A DNA stretch of 64,000 nt. Origin: Pseudomonadota bacterium. Its GTDB lineage: Bacteria > Pseudomonadota > Gammaproteobacteria > Xanthomonadales > Rhodanobacteraceae. The notes under the pieces are model-generated. The model was not told where the DNA came from and did no database searches. It saw only the letters and a list, made by a program, of their open reading frames with translations. Positions within the stretch are counted from its first letter, which is position 1. The number at the start of each line of letters is the position of its first letter. The translations under genes and the position numbers were made by a program. Positions 34,967-44,632 of the stretch are shown piece after piece. The stretch lies in NCBI GenBank assembly GCA_021781345.1, contig JAJXWZ010000197.1:1963-65962 (forward strand), read 5' to 3'.

Positions 34967-35791
34967 ATGAGCATTCGACACCAGTCTGTCCTCGCGGTCG
35001 CATGGTCGCTCGTGCTGGTCGCGCATGCGGCCGCTGCGCAGGGCAAAGGCAAATCGGGCGTGCAGGTCAGTGGCAACGCGGCGCTGGTCAGCGATTACGT
35101 GTTCCGCGGCCTCAGCCAGACCTGGGGACAACCCGCGCTGCAGGGCGGCGTGGATGTCGATGCCGGCCGCTGGCACGTCGGTGCGTGGACATCCAACGTC
35201 AGCCGCAACAGCTATCCAGGCGGGGGCATGGAACTGGACCTGTTCGGCGACGTCGGGCTTTTCGCCCATGGCGACTGGAGTGCCCGCGCCGGCTTGTACG
35301 GTTACTTCTACCCGGGTGCCAACCTCGACCACGCGCGGCCGGCACTTGGCAGCCGTTCGCTCGACACGGTGGAAGCCAATCTTGCGTTGACCTGGCGGGC
35401 CTGGACGCTGAAATACTCGCGGGCGTTGACCGACTATTTCGGCGCCGACGTCGAGCAGGGGTACACGGGCAGCACACGCGGCACCCAATACCTGCAAATC
35501 GACGGCGCCATCCCGCTCGCAAAAGACTGGAGCCTGCAGCCGCACGCCGGATATACCGACTACGCCGCAGGCGTGCGAACACCCCTGCCCGGCGGCGCAC
35601 GTGACCCAAGCTATGCCGATTTCGGAATTGCACTGAAATTCGCGCCGAGCCAGCGATTCGCCGCCAGCCTCGGTGTGACGCACGCCACCAACGCGGCGTT
35701 CTACCGGCACGCGACCAGTTTCCTCGGTGCCTCCGGGCAGAAAGACGTCGGTGGCACGCGGGTCGTGCTCTCGCTGTCCACGACTTTTTGA
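34967..35791 (+). CDS. TorF-family-like putative outer-membrane porin embedded in the kdp operon
   Basis: ATG 34967 (the track ORF begins at TTG 34955). It has a signal peptide (VLAVAWSLVLVAHAAAAQG), alternating beta-strand-like sequence with SDYVFRGLSQTWGQPALQGG near the N-terminus, and a terminal aromatic residue (...LSLSTTF). Confidence 0.65.
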   Translation: MSIRHQSVLAVAWSLVLVAHAAAAQGKGKSGVQVSGNAALVSDYVFRGLSQTWGQPALQGGVDVDAGRWHVGAWTSNVSRNSYPGGGMELDLFGDVGLFAHGDWSARAGLYGYFYPGANLDHARPALGSRSLDTVEANLALTWRAWTLKYSRALTDYFGADVEQGYTGSTRGTQYLQIDGAIPLAKDWSLQPHAGYTDYAAGVRTPLPGGARDPSYADFGIALKFAPSQRFAASLGVTHATNAAFYRHATSFLGASGQKDVGGTRVVLSLSTTF

Positions 35792-35803
35792 AGGATCGCA
35801 ACC

Positions 35804-36403
35804 ATGACTTCACTGTTGAGACCCGCACTCGTGCTGTTCGCGATGCTCACGCTGGTCACCGGCATCGTCTATCCGCTGGCAATCACCGGCGTGGCGCAGT
35901 TGGCCTTCCCGCATGCGGCCAACGGCAGCCTGATCATGCGCGAAGGCAAGCCGATCGGCAGCGAGCTGATCGGCCAGGATTTCGATGCGCCCGGGTACTT
36001 CCGGGGCCGTCCTTCGGCGACGGTGCCGATGCCGTACAACGCGGATGCTTCCGGCGGCAGCAACCTCGGACCGACCAATCCGGCCTTGCTGCAGGACGTG
36101 CGGCAACGCATTGCCGCATTGCGCGCGGCCGAGCCGGATGCCACGGGTCCGGTGCCCGGCGATCTGGTCATGGCTTCCGCCAGCGGGCTGGATCCCGACA
36201 TATCGCCACAGGCCGCGCACTGGCAGGCGGCAAGCGTGGCGCGTGCGCGCGGGCTGCCGCTGGCGAAGGTGAACGCGCTGATCGACGCGCACGTGCAAGG
36301 CCCGTCGCTGGGGTTGTTCGGCGAGCCGCGCGTCAACGTGCTTGCCCTCAACCTGGCGCTCGACGACGTCACGCGCGGCGTGGAGCATAATCCGCGCCGA
36401 TGA
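35804..36403 (+). CDS. kdpC: K+-transporting ATPase subunit C
   Basis: 199-aa ORF with an N-terminal TM helix, then VYPLAITGVAQLAFPHAANGSLI and SGLDPDISPQAA, typical of KdpC. Confidence 0.9.
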   Translation: MTSLLRPALVLFAMLTLVTGIVYPLAITGVAQLAFPHAANGSLIMREGKPIGSELIGQDFDAPGYFRGRPSATVPMPYNADASGGSNLGPTNPALLQDVRQRIAALRAAEPDATGPVPGDLVMASASGLDPDISPQAAHWQAASVARARGLPLAKVNALIDAHVQGPSLGLFGEPRVNVLALNLALDDVTRGVEHNPRR

Positions 36404-39051
36404 GCGCCACGCGCCCCGATCCGGACCGACTGCTCGCCGAAGTGAAGGCGGACCAGCAGCGGGCCGCACGTGGCAAGCTCAAGATCTTCTTCGGTGCCTG
36501 CCCGGGCGTGGGCAAGACCTATGCCATGCTGCTTTCGCTGCGCCGGCTGCACGACGAAGGCGGCCGGGTACTGGTCGGCGTGGCCGAAACCCATGGCCGT
36601 AACGATACCGCTCAGTTGCTCGAGGGCCTGCCACGTTTGGCGCCGCGCCGGATCGAATATCGCGGACGCACCCTGGAGGAGTTCGACCTCGACGCTGCTC
36701 TGGCCGCGCATCCGGCGCTGGTCGCGGTCGATGAACTCGCGCACGCCAACATCGAAGGTAGCCGGCACAGCAAGCGCTGGCAGGACGTCGATGAGTTGCT
36801 CGAGGCGGGTATCGACGTATGCACCACGCTGAATGTGCAGCACCTCGAAAGCCTCAACGACGTGGTCGGTCGCATCACCGGCATCCGGGTGCACGAGACC
36901 GTTCCGGATCCCGTGTTCGACAACGCCGATGACGTCGTGGTCGTGGATCTGCCCGCAGACGAGTTGCTGAAGCGCCTGGCCGAAGGCAAGGTCTACCTGC
37001 CGGACGCGGCCGCGCTGGCGCGGGAGAACTTCTTCCGCAAGGGCAACTTGATCGCGTTGCGGGAACTTTCGTTGCGGCGGGCGGCGGATCGCGTCGACGC
37101 GCAGATGCGCGACTACCGGCGGACACGCTTCATCGACACGGTATGGCCTGCTCGCGAACGGTTGCTGGTGGGTTTGTCCGGTGCGCCTGGGGACGAACGG
37201 CTGGTGCGGCACGCCGCGCGGCTGGCCCAGAAGCTCGAGGCGGACTGGATCGCCGTGCATGTCGACGTCGCGCACTGGCGGCGCGGCAAGCAGGCGCGCC
37301 GGCAAGTCGCCAAGACGCTGGAGCTGGCGGCCGGCCTGGGCGCGGAGACCGTCACGCTGCCGGGCGAGGAAGCCGCCGAGGCCCTGGTCGGCTGCGCGCG
37401 CGAGCACAACGCCAATCGCTTGCTGCTCGGGCATCGTCCGCGTCCGGCCTGGCGGTTCTGGCACGTTTCCACCATCGACCGCGTCAGCCACCAACATCCC
37501 GATATCGACCTCGTCGTGATTGCGCTCGGCGAGCCGCAGGTGCGCCCGGAGCAAGTGGAAAGGCCGGAGCGGGGTATCGACTGGCTGGCGTACTTGTGGG
37601 CAAGCGTGGCGTGCCTGGCCGCGACTCTGGTTGCCACGCCGCTGGTGCGCGTGTTCGACCTCGCCAACGTGGTGATGCTGTTCCTGCTGACCGTGGTGCT
37701 GGTGGCCTTGCGTTTCGGGCGCGGTGCCGGCGCATGGGCGGCGTTGCTCGCGGTCGGATGTTTCGACTTCTTCTTCGTGCCGCCGCGCGGGACCCTGAGT
37801 GTCGGCGACACACAGTACCTGTTCACGTTTGCGTTGATGCTGGGCGTGGCGCTGATCATCGGACAGCTCACGGCGCGCCTGCGGCACGAAGCGCGCGTCG
37901 CCGCCGCGCGCGAAAAACGCGCCACCGCACTGGCCCGGCTGGCACGCGAACTGTCGGGCGCATTGACCGTCGAGCAGATCGTCGAGATCGCGTTGCGCGA
38001 TTTCGCCGGATTCTTCCAGTCGCGCGTCGGTCTCGCGCTTCCGGACATGGCCAATCGCCTTGGCATCGTTCCGGGCGGCGACTGCGCGGTGGACGTGAGC
38101 ATCGCACAATGGGTCTTCGACCACGACCAGCAGGCGGGAATCGGTACCGCCACGCTGGCGGCTGCGGCGGCGCGTTACCTGCCGCTGAAGGCGCCGATGC
38201 GCGTACGTGGGGTCATGGCCATGGAGTTCGCCGATCCCGACCTGCTGCACGAGCCCGAAGCGCAACGCCTGCTGGAGGCGTGCTGCAGCCAGCTCGCGCT
38301 CGCGCTGGAGCGCGTGCACTTCGTCGAAGTCGCGCAGAGCACGCTGGTGCAGATCGAGGGCGAGCGCATGCGCAACACGCTATTGGCCACGGTTTCCCAC
38401 GATTTGCGCACGCCGCTGACCACCATCATGGGCGCGGCCGATGCCGCGGCGTCGCGGCTGCGCGGCGATGCCGCGGAGCCGCTGCTGCAATCCATCCGCC
38501 AGCAGGCCGGGTCGATGCTGCGGCTGGTCGAGAATCTGCTGGACATGGCACGCCTGCAAACGCGGGGTGCCCGTCTCGACCGCCAATGGCAGTCGCTGGA
38601 AGAGATCGTGGGCAGCGCGCTGCGCGAATTGCGCGGCCCGCTCGGCGAGCATCCCGTGCACATCGAACTTCCGCCCGGCTTGCCGCTGCTGGAAGTGGAC
38701 GCGTTGCTGATCGAACGGGTGCTGGTCAACCTGCTGGAAAACGCGGTCAAGCACACCCCGCCCGGGACGGCGATCGGGATTTCGGCGCATTTGCACGACG
38801 ACCAGGTAACGGTGGAGGTGAGTGATGCGGGTCCCGGCCTGCCGGAGCTTGCGCCGGGCAAGTTGTTCGAGCCGTTCGAGCGAGGGCGCAAGGAGTCCGC
38901 GGTGGCGGGAATCGGTCTGGGATTGGCTCTGGCGCGACGCATCGTCGAGGCGCACGGCGGTCACATCGAGGCGCGCCCGCGCACGCCGCATGGCGCGGTC
39001 TTTTCTTTCACCTTGCCGCTCGGCCAGCCGCCGGAAGTGGAGGCCGCATGA
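36400..39051 (+). CDS. kdpD: Sensor histidine kinase KdpD
   Basis: 883-aa ORF. The N-terminal KdpD domain has the P-loop GACPGVGKTYAML. Four TM helices are followed by H-box SHDLRTPL and an HATPase_c domain (GIGLGLALARRIVEAHGG). ATGA overlap with kdpC. Confidence 0.93.
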   Translation: MSATRPDPDRLLAEVKADQQRAARGKLKIFFGACPGVGKTYAMLLSLRRLHDEGGRVLVGVAETHGRNDTAQLLEGLPRLAPRRIEYRGRTLEEFDLDAALAAHPALVAVDELAHANIEGSRHSKRWQDVDELLEAGIDVCTTLNVQHLESLNDVVGRITGIRVHETVPDPVFDNADDVVVVDLPADELLKRLAEGKVYLPDAAALARENFFRKGNLIALRELSLRRAADRVDAQMRDYRRTRFIDTVWPARERLLVGLSGAPGDERLVRHAARLAQKLEADWIAVHVDVAHWRRGKQARRQVAKTLELAAGLGAETVTLPGEEAAEALVGCAREHNANRLLLGHRPRPAWRFWHVSTIDRVSHQHPDIDLVVIALGEPQVRPEQVERPERGIDWLAYLWASVACLAATLVATPLVRVFDLANVVMLFLLTVVLVALRFGRGAGAWAALLAVGCFDFFFVPPRGTLSVGDTQYLFTFALMLGVALIIGQLTARLRHEARVAAAREKRATALARLARELSGALTVEQIVEIALRDFAGFFQSRVGLALPDMANRLGIVPGGDCAVDVSIAQWVFDHDQQAGIGTATLAAAAARYLPLKAPMRVRGVMAMEFADPDLLHEPEAQRLLEACCSQLALALERVHFVEVAQSTLVQIEGERMRNTLLATVSHDLRTPLTTIMGAADAAASRLRGDAAEPLLQSIRQQAGSMLRLVENLLDMARLQTRGARLDRQWQSLEEIVGSALRELRGPLGEHPVHIELPPGLPLLEVDALLIERVLVNLLENAVKHTPPGTAIGISAHLHDDQVTVEVSDAGPGLPELAPGKLFEPFERGRKESAVAGIGLGLALARRIVEAHGGHIEARPRTPHGAVFSFTLPLGQPPEVEAA

Positions 39052-39740
39052 GCGGCGCACGCATCCTGCTGGTCGAGGACGACGCCAACATCCGGCGTTT
39101 CCTGGGCGTCGCGCTGCGCGACGAGGGCTTCGAGGTGTTCGAAGCGGATACGTGCAAGCGCGCCTTGATCGAGGCTTCGACCCGGCAGCCGGATGCCGCG
39201 ATCGTGGACCTAGGCCTGCCTGACGGCGACGGCAAGCAATTCATCGCGGAATTGCGCTCGTGGTCGGCGATGCCGGTGCTGGTGTTGTCGGCACGCGAAC
39301 GCGAGGAGGAAAAAGTCGCGGCGCTGGACGCCGGGGCCGACGATTACCTGGTCAAGCCGTTCGGCGTGCCCGAGTTGCTGGCGCGACTGCGTGCGCTGCT
39401 GCGTCGAAGCGCACAGGCGGATGCGGCGTCAGGGTCGAGCGCGGTGCGATTCGGCGACATCGACGTCGACCTTGCCGCGCACGAGGTGCGCAGGCGCGGC
39501 GAGGTGGTGCGCCTGACACCGATCGAATTCCGCCTGCTCGCGGCGCTGATCCGCGGCCATGGCCGCGTGCTTACCCATCGGCAGTTGCTGACCGAGGTCT
39601 GGGGTCCCGGACACGCCGAACGCACGCACTACTTGCGCGTGCACATGGCCAACCTGCGCCACAAGCTCGAGGACGATCCCGCGCAGCCGAAGCATCTGAT
39701 CACCGAACTGCAGGTGGGCTACCGGTTGCTGGGGCCGTGA
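39048..39740 (+). CDS. kdpE: OmpR-family response regulator KdpE
   Basis: 230-aa receiver domain (ILLVEDD...DLGLPDGDG) plus winged-helix output (LTPIEFRLLAAL...VGYRL). ATGA overlap with kdpD. Confidence 0.9.
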   Translation: MSGARILLVEDDANIRRFLGVALRDEGFEVFEADTCKRALIEASTRQPDAAIVDLGLPDGDGKQFIAELRSWSAMPVLVLSAREREEEKVAALDAGADDYLVKPFGVPELLARLRALLRRSAQADAASGSSAVRFGDIDVDLAAHEVRRRGEVVRLTPIEFRLLAALIRGHGRVLTHRQLLTEVWGPGHAERTHYLRVHMANLRHKLEDDPAQPKHLITELQVGYRLLGP

Positions 39741-41152
39741 TCCGTGGGGCCTGCATCCTTGCGCTCCGGCACCGCGCGCAACGGGTGCGCTTCGGTGTTG
39801 AAAGTCACCGCGTCGAAGTCGATGGACTGCGGATGGAAAAGCAGCCAGTAGTACTTGAAGGTCTCGGCCAGCACGAAGCTTTCCATGTCGTCGCGTTTTT
39901 GCTTGGTGACGACGCTCTTGAGCGCCGCGTAGCCGGCATCGGTCCGGCAGTACTTCACGAAGTCATCGAACAGCGTGCGGCCCATCCGGAGGTACTTCGG
40001 GTCGTGGGTGTAGTGGTACAGGTAGAAGGTCGATTCGACGATTTCCGGGCGCAGGGCGTAGCCGTCGTAGACGATCTTCATCGTGCGGTAATCGAGCACC
40101 TCGGGTTCGATGCCGTGCAGGTTCCACATCCGGAATGATGAATCCTGCAGGCGCGCCGCGCGCTTCACGTCGCCCGACAGCGCCAGCAGCCCGGGAAAGA
40201 AAGCGTCGAGTGCGCCATAGTCGCTGGCCGTGCGCTTGCCGGTGTCCATGTCGGCATGGCCGTACCACAGTTCGCCATCCACCTCGTCGGCGAGGTACTT
40301 GTTGATGGCCGGAATGCTGGCCCTCCACATGTGCAGGCAATCCCGGTCGCCGAACAGGCGCCAGCACTTCCAGAGGTATTCGTCGTAGCTGTCGATGCCG
40401 CCGCTGATGCTGGAGTCGGTATCCGTCCACTTGCCGGTTTCGACGTCGAGGCCGGCGCCGACCAGTCCGATCTTCGACCTGCGATCGAAGGTCGCGACCA
40501 GCGCGCGCTTGGCCCTGGCGTAGAACACCGGATTGCCCGTGAGCTTGCTGAGCGTGCCGAACTCCAGGATCAGCGTGCCGGTCTCGGCGGGATTGGAATC
40601 GACGCCGCGCACCTTGCCGGTCTTGAGGTTGACGTAGCGGTACGGCAGGCCGGTCGGAGAATCGAACGCGGGCAGCAGCCGCGTACCGAGGTCCTCGGCC
40701 TTGCGCAGCAGGATCGGGTCGTGGGTCAGCTGGTAGCCGGAAAGCAGCCCGCCCAGCAGGCGGATGTTGATCTCGAAGACCTTGACGTAGATATCCTTGT
40801 CGAAGTCGAGCCTGGCATCGATCAGCGCCCGATCCTCGTCGGCCTGCTTGTGCAGCCCCATCAGAACCAGCGTGTCGAGCGCGTCGACCGGCGTCATCAG
40901 CAACGACTGTCCGTACCAGTCGAACGGTTTGCGGCTCAGTGGCTTCAGTTCGTCATGGCCCCAGGCATAGCGCTTGTAGCCGTTCCACGCGTGCAGGAAC
41001 TCGGCCTTGACGCGCGCCGCCATCGCCGCGCTGTTGACCGGAGCCGCAGGCGCAGCGGCGAGCGCGCGACTGCAGTTGCACGATAGCGCCGCGAGCAGTG
41101 CGAGGAAGGCGGGAATCGCGAATCTCGTGGGTGGTTTGCGCATGGTGCTCAT
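39719..41152 (-). CDS. Glycoside hydrolase family 47 (class I alpha-1,2-mannosidase-like), secreted
   Basis: ATG 41152 (MSTMRKPP, signal peptide) inside ORF 39719..41398. GH47-type blocks are FLHAWNGYKRYAWGHDELKP, FEINIRLLGGLLSGY, AETGTLILEFGTLSKLTGNP, YALRPEIVESTFYLY and ETFKYYWLLF. Confidence 0.85.
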   Translation of the reverse strand: MSTMRKPPTRFAIPAFLALLAALSCNCSRALAAAPAAPVNSAAMAARVKAEFLHAWNGYKRYAWGHDELKPLSRKPFDWYGQSLLMTPVDALDTLVLMGLHKQADEDRALIDARLDFDKDIYVKVFEINIRLLGGLLSGYQLTHDPILLRKAEDLGTRLLPAFDSPTGLPYRYVNLKTGKVRGVDSNPAETGTLILEFGTLSKLTGNPVFYARAKRALVATFDRRSKIGLVGAGLDVETGKWTDTDSSISGGIDSYDEYLWKCWRLFGDRDCLHMWRASIPAINKYLADEVDGELWYGHADMDTGKRTASDYGALDAFFPGLLALSGDVKRAARLQDSSFRMWNLHGIEPEVLDYRTMKIVYDGYALRPEIVESTFYLYHYTHDPKYLRMGRTLFDDFVKYCRTDAGYAALKSVVTKQKRDDMESFVLAETFKYYWLLFHPQSIDFDAVTFNTEAHPLRAVPERKDAGPTDHGPSNR

Positions 41153-41223
41153 CTTCGCGTCAATGTGAATGGCGAGAGCGCGTTGCCTATCCGGGCCTTG
41201 CACGCCCCGGATGCCCGCCGTGT

Positions 41224-42417
41224 TCATCGCGACGTACGTTCGAGGACGTCCATCACCTCGTAGCACGCCCCCATGGTGTGGTAGTCGGTCTTGCCCGCCG
41301 GGCTCTTCTCGTCGCTGTACCTGCGATTGTCGCGCGTCAGGATGCGGTACCACGCGCCGTGCTCGTGGTCGACCATGTGCGTCCATGCGTAGCGCCACAA
41401 GCGGTCGTACCAGTCCTGGTAATCCGGATCCGCGGTGCGTTCTGCCAGCAGTGCGGCGGCGGCCAGCGATTCGGCCTGCACCCAGTAGTACTTGTCGTGG
41501 TCACAGATCGAGCCGTCCGGCGCGAAGCCATAGCACAACCCGCCGAACTCCGTATCCCAGGCGCGTGCCACGGCCGTGTCGAACAGGCGCCGTGCGGTCG
41601 GCAACAACCAGTCGGCTTCGAGGTGGCGCCCGAGGATCAGCAGCAGCTTGGCCCATTCGGTCTGGTGCCCGGGCTGGAAGCCCCACGGGCGGAACAGGTC
41701 CTTGGGATTGTCCTTGTGGTAATCCCAGTCGATCTCCCAGTGCTCGTCGTAGTGTTCCCAGACCAGGCCGCCGGCCTTCGCTGCCTGGCGGCGGGTCATG
41801 TTGTCCGCGAGCGTGTACGCACGCTCGAGGTAACGCCGGTCGCCGCTCGCCTCGAACGCGGCCAGCATCGCCTCGCACATGTGCATGTTGGCGTTCTGGC
41901 CGCGATAGCTCGTGAAATGCCATTCAGCGTCGGCTTCGTCGCGGTACAGGCAGGTGTCCGCATCCCAGAAATGTTTCTCCAGAAGGTTCCAGGTTTCGTC
42001 CATCCAGGCAGCGGTCTCGTCGATCCCCGCCCGTCGTGCATTCGCATAGGCGACCAGCACGAAGGCGAGGCCATAGCAATGGTTGGTGGTGTCTTCCGGC
42101 TTGCCGTCGCGCAGTGTCCAGGCATAGCCGCCGGTCGCAGGATTCCGGTGCGCTTCGCGCAGGTACGCGAGGCAGTGATGCGCTGCATCGAGGTATTCCG
42201 CGTCACCGAAATGGCGTGCGGCCATCGCGTAGTCGAACACGAAGCGCGTGCTGCTCACCAGGTGGCGGTGGGTGCGGTCGTAGACCGTGCCGTCGTCCTT
42301 GAAATAGTGGAAGCAGCCGCCGGCCGGATCGAGGCAGCGCGGATGGTAGAACGCGAGCGTGTCGCGGACGTGCCGGCGCAGGAAATCGGGTGAACGGAAG
42401 TTGGGGAAATCGCTCAT
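41224..42417 (-). CDS. AGE-family (N-acylglucosamine 2-epimerase superfamily) sugar isomerase/epimerase, possibly mannose isomerase
   Basis: ATG 42417 (MSDFPNF) inside ORF 41224..42750. The alpha/alpha-barrel AGE-like sequence includes GGYAWTL, NHCYGLAFVLVAYA, RGQNANMHMCEAMLAAFE and PGHQTEWAKLL. Confidence 0.78.
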   Translation of the reverse strand: MSDFPNFRSPDFLRRHVRDTLAFYHPRCLDPAGGCFHYFKDDGTVYDRTHRHLVSSTRFVFDYAMAARHFGDAEYLDAAHHCLAYLREAHRNPATGGYAWTLRDGKPEDTTNHCYGLAFVLVAYANARRAGIDETAAWMDETWNLLEKHFWDADTCLYRDEADAEWHFTSYRGQNANMHMCEAMLAAFEASGDRRYLERAYTLADNMTRRQAAKAGGLVWEHYDEHWEIDWDYHKDNPKDLFRPWGFQPGHQTEWAKLLLILGRHLEADWLLPTARRLFDTAVARAWDTEFGGLCYGFAPDGSICDHDKYYWVQAESLAAAALLAERTADPDYQDWYDRLWRYAWTHMVDHEHGAWYRILTRDNRRYSDEKSPAGKTDYHTMGACYEVMDVLERTSR

Positions 42418-43385
42418 GCTTGCTGCTCCAGGAATGCATCGACTTCGCCGCGTGTCGGCATGGCGGCGAACGAGCCGGCGCGGGTGACCGCCAGTGCACC
42501 GCAGGCCGCGGCAAAGCGCAGCAGAGGATCGAGCCGAGCGGGATCGGCCGCGAGCCCGGGCAAGGCCGCGGGCCCGATCGCGTCTTCGGCAAACCGGTAC
42601 AGGCATCCGCCCACGAAGGCATCGCCGGCACCGGTGGTGTCCACGGCACGCACCGGGAAAGTGCAGCGTCCCCCGCGCAAGTTGGGAGCGAACCAGCGCA
42701 GCGTCCGCTCTCCGTCGGTGACCACCAGTAGTCGCGTGCCGCCGTGCCACAGCCGCTCCAGGGCAGCATCCTCGCCGTCGGCGTCACCGGCAAGGAACGC
42801 GAGTTCCTCGGCGCTGAGCTTGACGAAATCGGCCAGCGCAAGGGCCTGCCAGATCGTTGGCGCCGGGTTTTCTCCGCGCGGCCACAAGGCCGGGCGCAGG
42901 TTCATGTCGAAGCTCACCAGCGCGCCGGCGGCGCGGGCGCGACGCATGCCCCGCAGGGTGGTGTCGGCCGCAGCGGCTTCGGTCATGCTGCAGGAGCCGG
43001 CATGGAAGATGGTTCCCGCGACGAAGATGTCCGGGTCGAAGTCGCTGTCGCGGAACAGCAGGTCGGCGGAAGGCGGACGGTAGAAGCTGAAGTTCCGTTC
43101 GCCGCTGGCAGCGTGCGACACGAATGCGAGCGCCGTGTTGGCGTCCTCCGTGCGGCGCGTGCGGGAGATATCCACGCCAGCGTCGGCGAGTTCGCGCAGC
43201 AGCAGGTCGCCGAACATGTCCTGGCCGAACATGCCGGCGAAGGTGGCGCGTCCTCCCAGTCGCGCGATCGCCACGGACACGTTGGCCGGTGCGCCACCGG
43301 CGTGTGCAGTGAAGGCGGGCGCGCTGCCCGATGGCGTGCCGTGGAAGTCGATGAGCGCCTCGCCGAAGCAGTAAACGGTGTTCAT
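42414..43385 (-). CDS. PfkB-family carbohydrate kinase (fructokinase-like)
   Basis: ATG 43385 (MNTVYCFGEALIDF) inside ORF 42414..44567. It has GGAPANVSVAIARLG and the C-terminal DTTGAGDAF motif. Its stop overlaps the AGE start. Confidence 0.85.
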   Translation of the reverse strand: MNTVYCFGEALIDFHGTPSGSAPAFTAHAGGAPANVSVAIARLGGRATFAGMFGQDMFGDLLLRELADAGVDISRTRRTEDANTALAFVSHAASGERNFSFYRPPSADLLFRDSDFDPDIFVAGTIFHAGSCSMTEAAAADTTLRGMRRARAAGALVSFDMNLRPALWPRGENPAPTIWQALALADFVKLSAEELAFLAGDADGEDAALERLWHGGTRLLVVTDGERTLRWFAPNLRGGRCTFPVRAVDTTGAGDAFVGGCLYRFAEDAIGPAALPGLAADPARLDPLLRFAAACGALAVTRAGSFAAMPTRGEVDAFLEQQA

Positions 43386-44632
43386 GCCGCGCGCGAGCCC
43401 TTGAGTCCGTAGAAGATGATGTAGAGGTAGCACAGCATCGGCAGCACGAAGGCGTGGTGCACGCCGACGTGGTCGGCCAGCGCGCCCTGCAGCCATGGGA
43501 TCACCGCGCCGCCCACGATCGCCATCACCAGCAGGCTGGAAACCTTGCCGGTCAGCGGGCCGCAATCCTCGATGCCGAGCGTGAAGATGTTCGGAAACAT
43601 GATCGAGTTGAACAGGCCGATCGCGACTACGCTGGCGACCGCGACATTGCCGTGCGCGAGCATCGTGGTGGCGACCAGCAGCACGGCGACCACGGCGTTG
43701 AAGGCGAGCAGCTTGCGGGTATCGATACGGGTCAGCAACGCCGATCCGATGAAGCGCCCCACCATCGCGCCGCCCCAGTACAGCGACACGTAGCCCGCCG
43801 CGCGTGCTTCGGTCATGTGGCCGATGCCGGGCAGCGCCAGGTAGTTGATCATGAAACTGCCGATCGATACCTCCGCGCCGACGTAGACGAAGATCGCCAG
43901 CATCCCGAACCACACGCGCGGAAGCTTCAGGGCATCCACGAACCGGTGGTGCGAATCGTCGGCTACCGCCGTGTTCTCCAGTTGCGGCAGCCTGAACAGC
44001 CACACCACCACCGCCAGCACGAACAGCACGATGGCGATTCCGATGTAGGGACCCTGCACGCTGTGCGCTTGTTGCAATCGGTACGCGGTCTGCGCGGTGG
44101 GCGACAGCTTCACGAGGTCGGCCGCGCCCAGCACCGCGGTCGACAGTATCAACAGGCCGCCGAATTTCGGACCGATGGTGGTGCCCAGCGAGTTCAGCGC
44201 CTGCGCGAGGTTCAGGCGACTCGAAGCGAGCCGCGCGGAACCGAGCAGGCTGACGTACGGATTGGCCGCGACCTGCAGGAGCGTGATGCCGCTGGCCAGC
44301 ACGAAGAAGGCGGACAGGAACAGCGGATACGACTGCACCTGCGCGGCCGGCAGGAACAGCAGCGCGCCAATGCCGGTGACGATCAGGCCGGCGATGATGC
44401 TGGCGCGGTAGCCGAAGTGCGCGACCACCTTGCCCGACGGCAGCGACATGATGAAATAGGCGCCGAAAAACGTCGACTGGACCAGCATCACCTCGGCGTA
44501 ATTCAGGGTGAACATCGACTTCAGGTGCGGGATCAACACGTCGTTGAGGCTGGTGATCAGTCCCCACATGAAGAAGATCGTGGTGGCCACGGTCAGGGCC
44601 GTGCGGTTGCCCGCGACTCGGGTGTCGTTCAT
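43382..44632 (-). CDS. MFS sugar:H+ symporter (glucose/galactose/fucose FucP-GluP family)
   Basis: ATG 44632 (MNDTRVAGNR) inside ORF 43382..44998, giving about 416 aa and 12 TM helices. The N-terminal block FFMWGLITSLNDVLIPHLK is typical of the GluP/FucP family. Confidence 0.85.
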   Translation of the reverse strand: MNDTRVAGNRTALTVATTIFFMWGLITSLNDVLIPHLKSMFTLNYAEVMLVQSTFFGAYFIMSLPSGKVVAHFGYRASIIAGLIVTGIGALLFLPAAQVQSYPLFLSAFFVLASGITLLQVAANPYVSLLGSARLASSRLNLAQALNSLGTTIGPKFGGLLILSTAVLGAADLVKLSPTAQTAYRLQQAHSVQGPYIGIAIVLFVLAVVVWLFRLPQLENTAVADDSHHRFVDALKLPRVWFGMLAIFVYVGAEVSIGSFMINYLALPGIGHMTEARAAGYVSLYWGGAMVGRFIGSALLTRIDTRKLLAFNAVVAVLLVATTMLAHGNVAVASVVAIGLFNSIMFPNIFTLGIEDCGPLTGKVSSLLVMAIVGGAVIPWLQGALADHVGVHHAFVLPMLCYLYIIFYGLKGSRAA

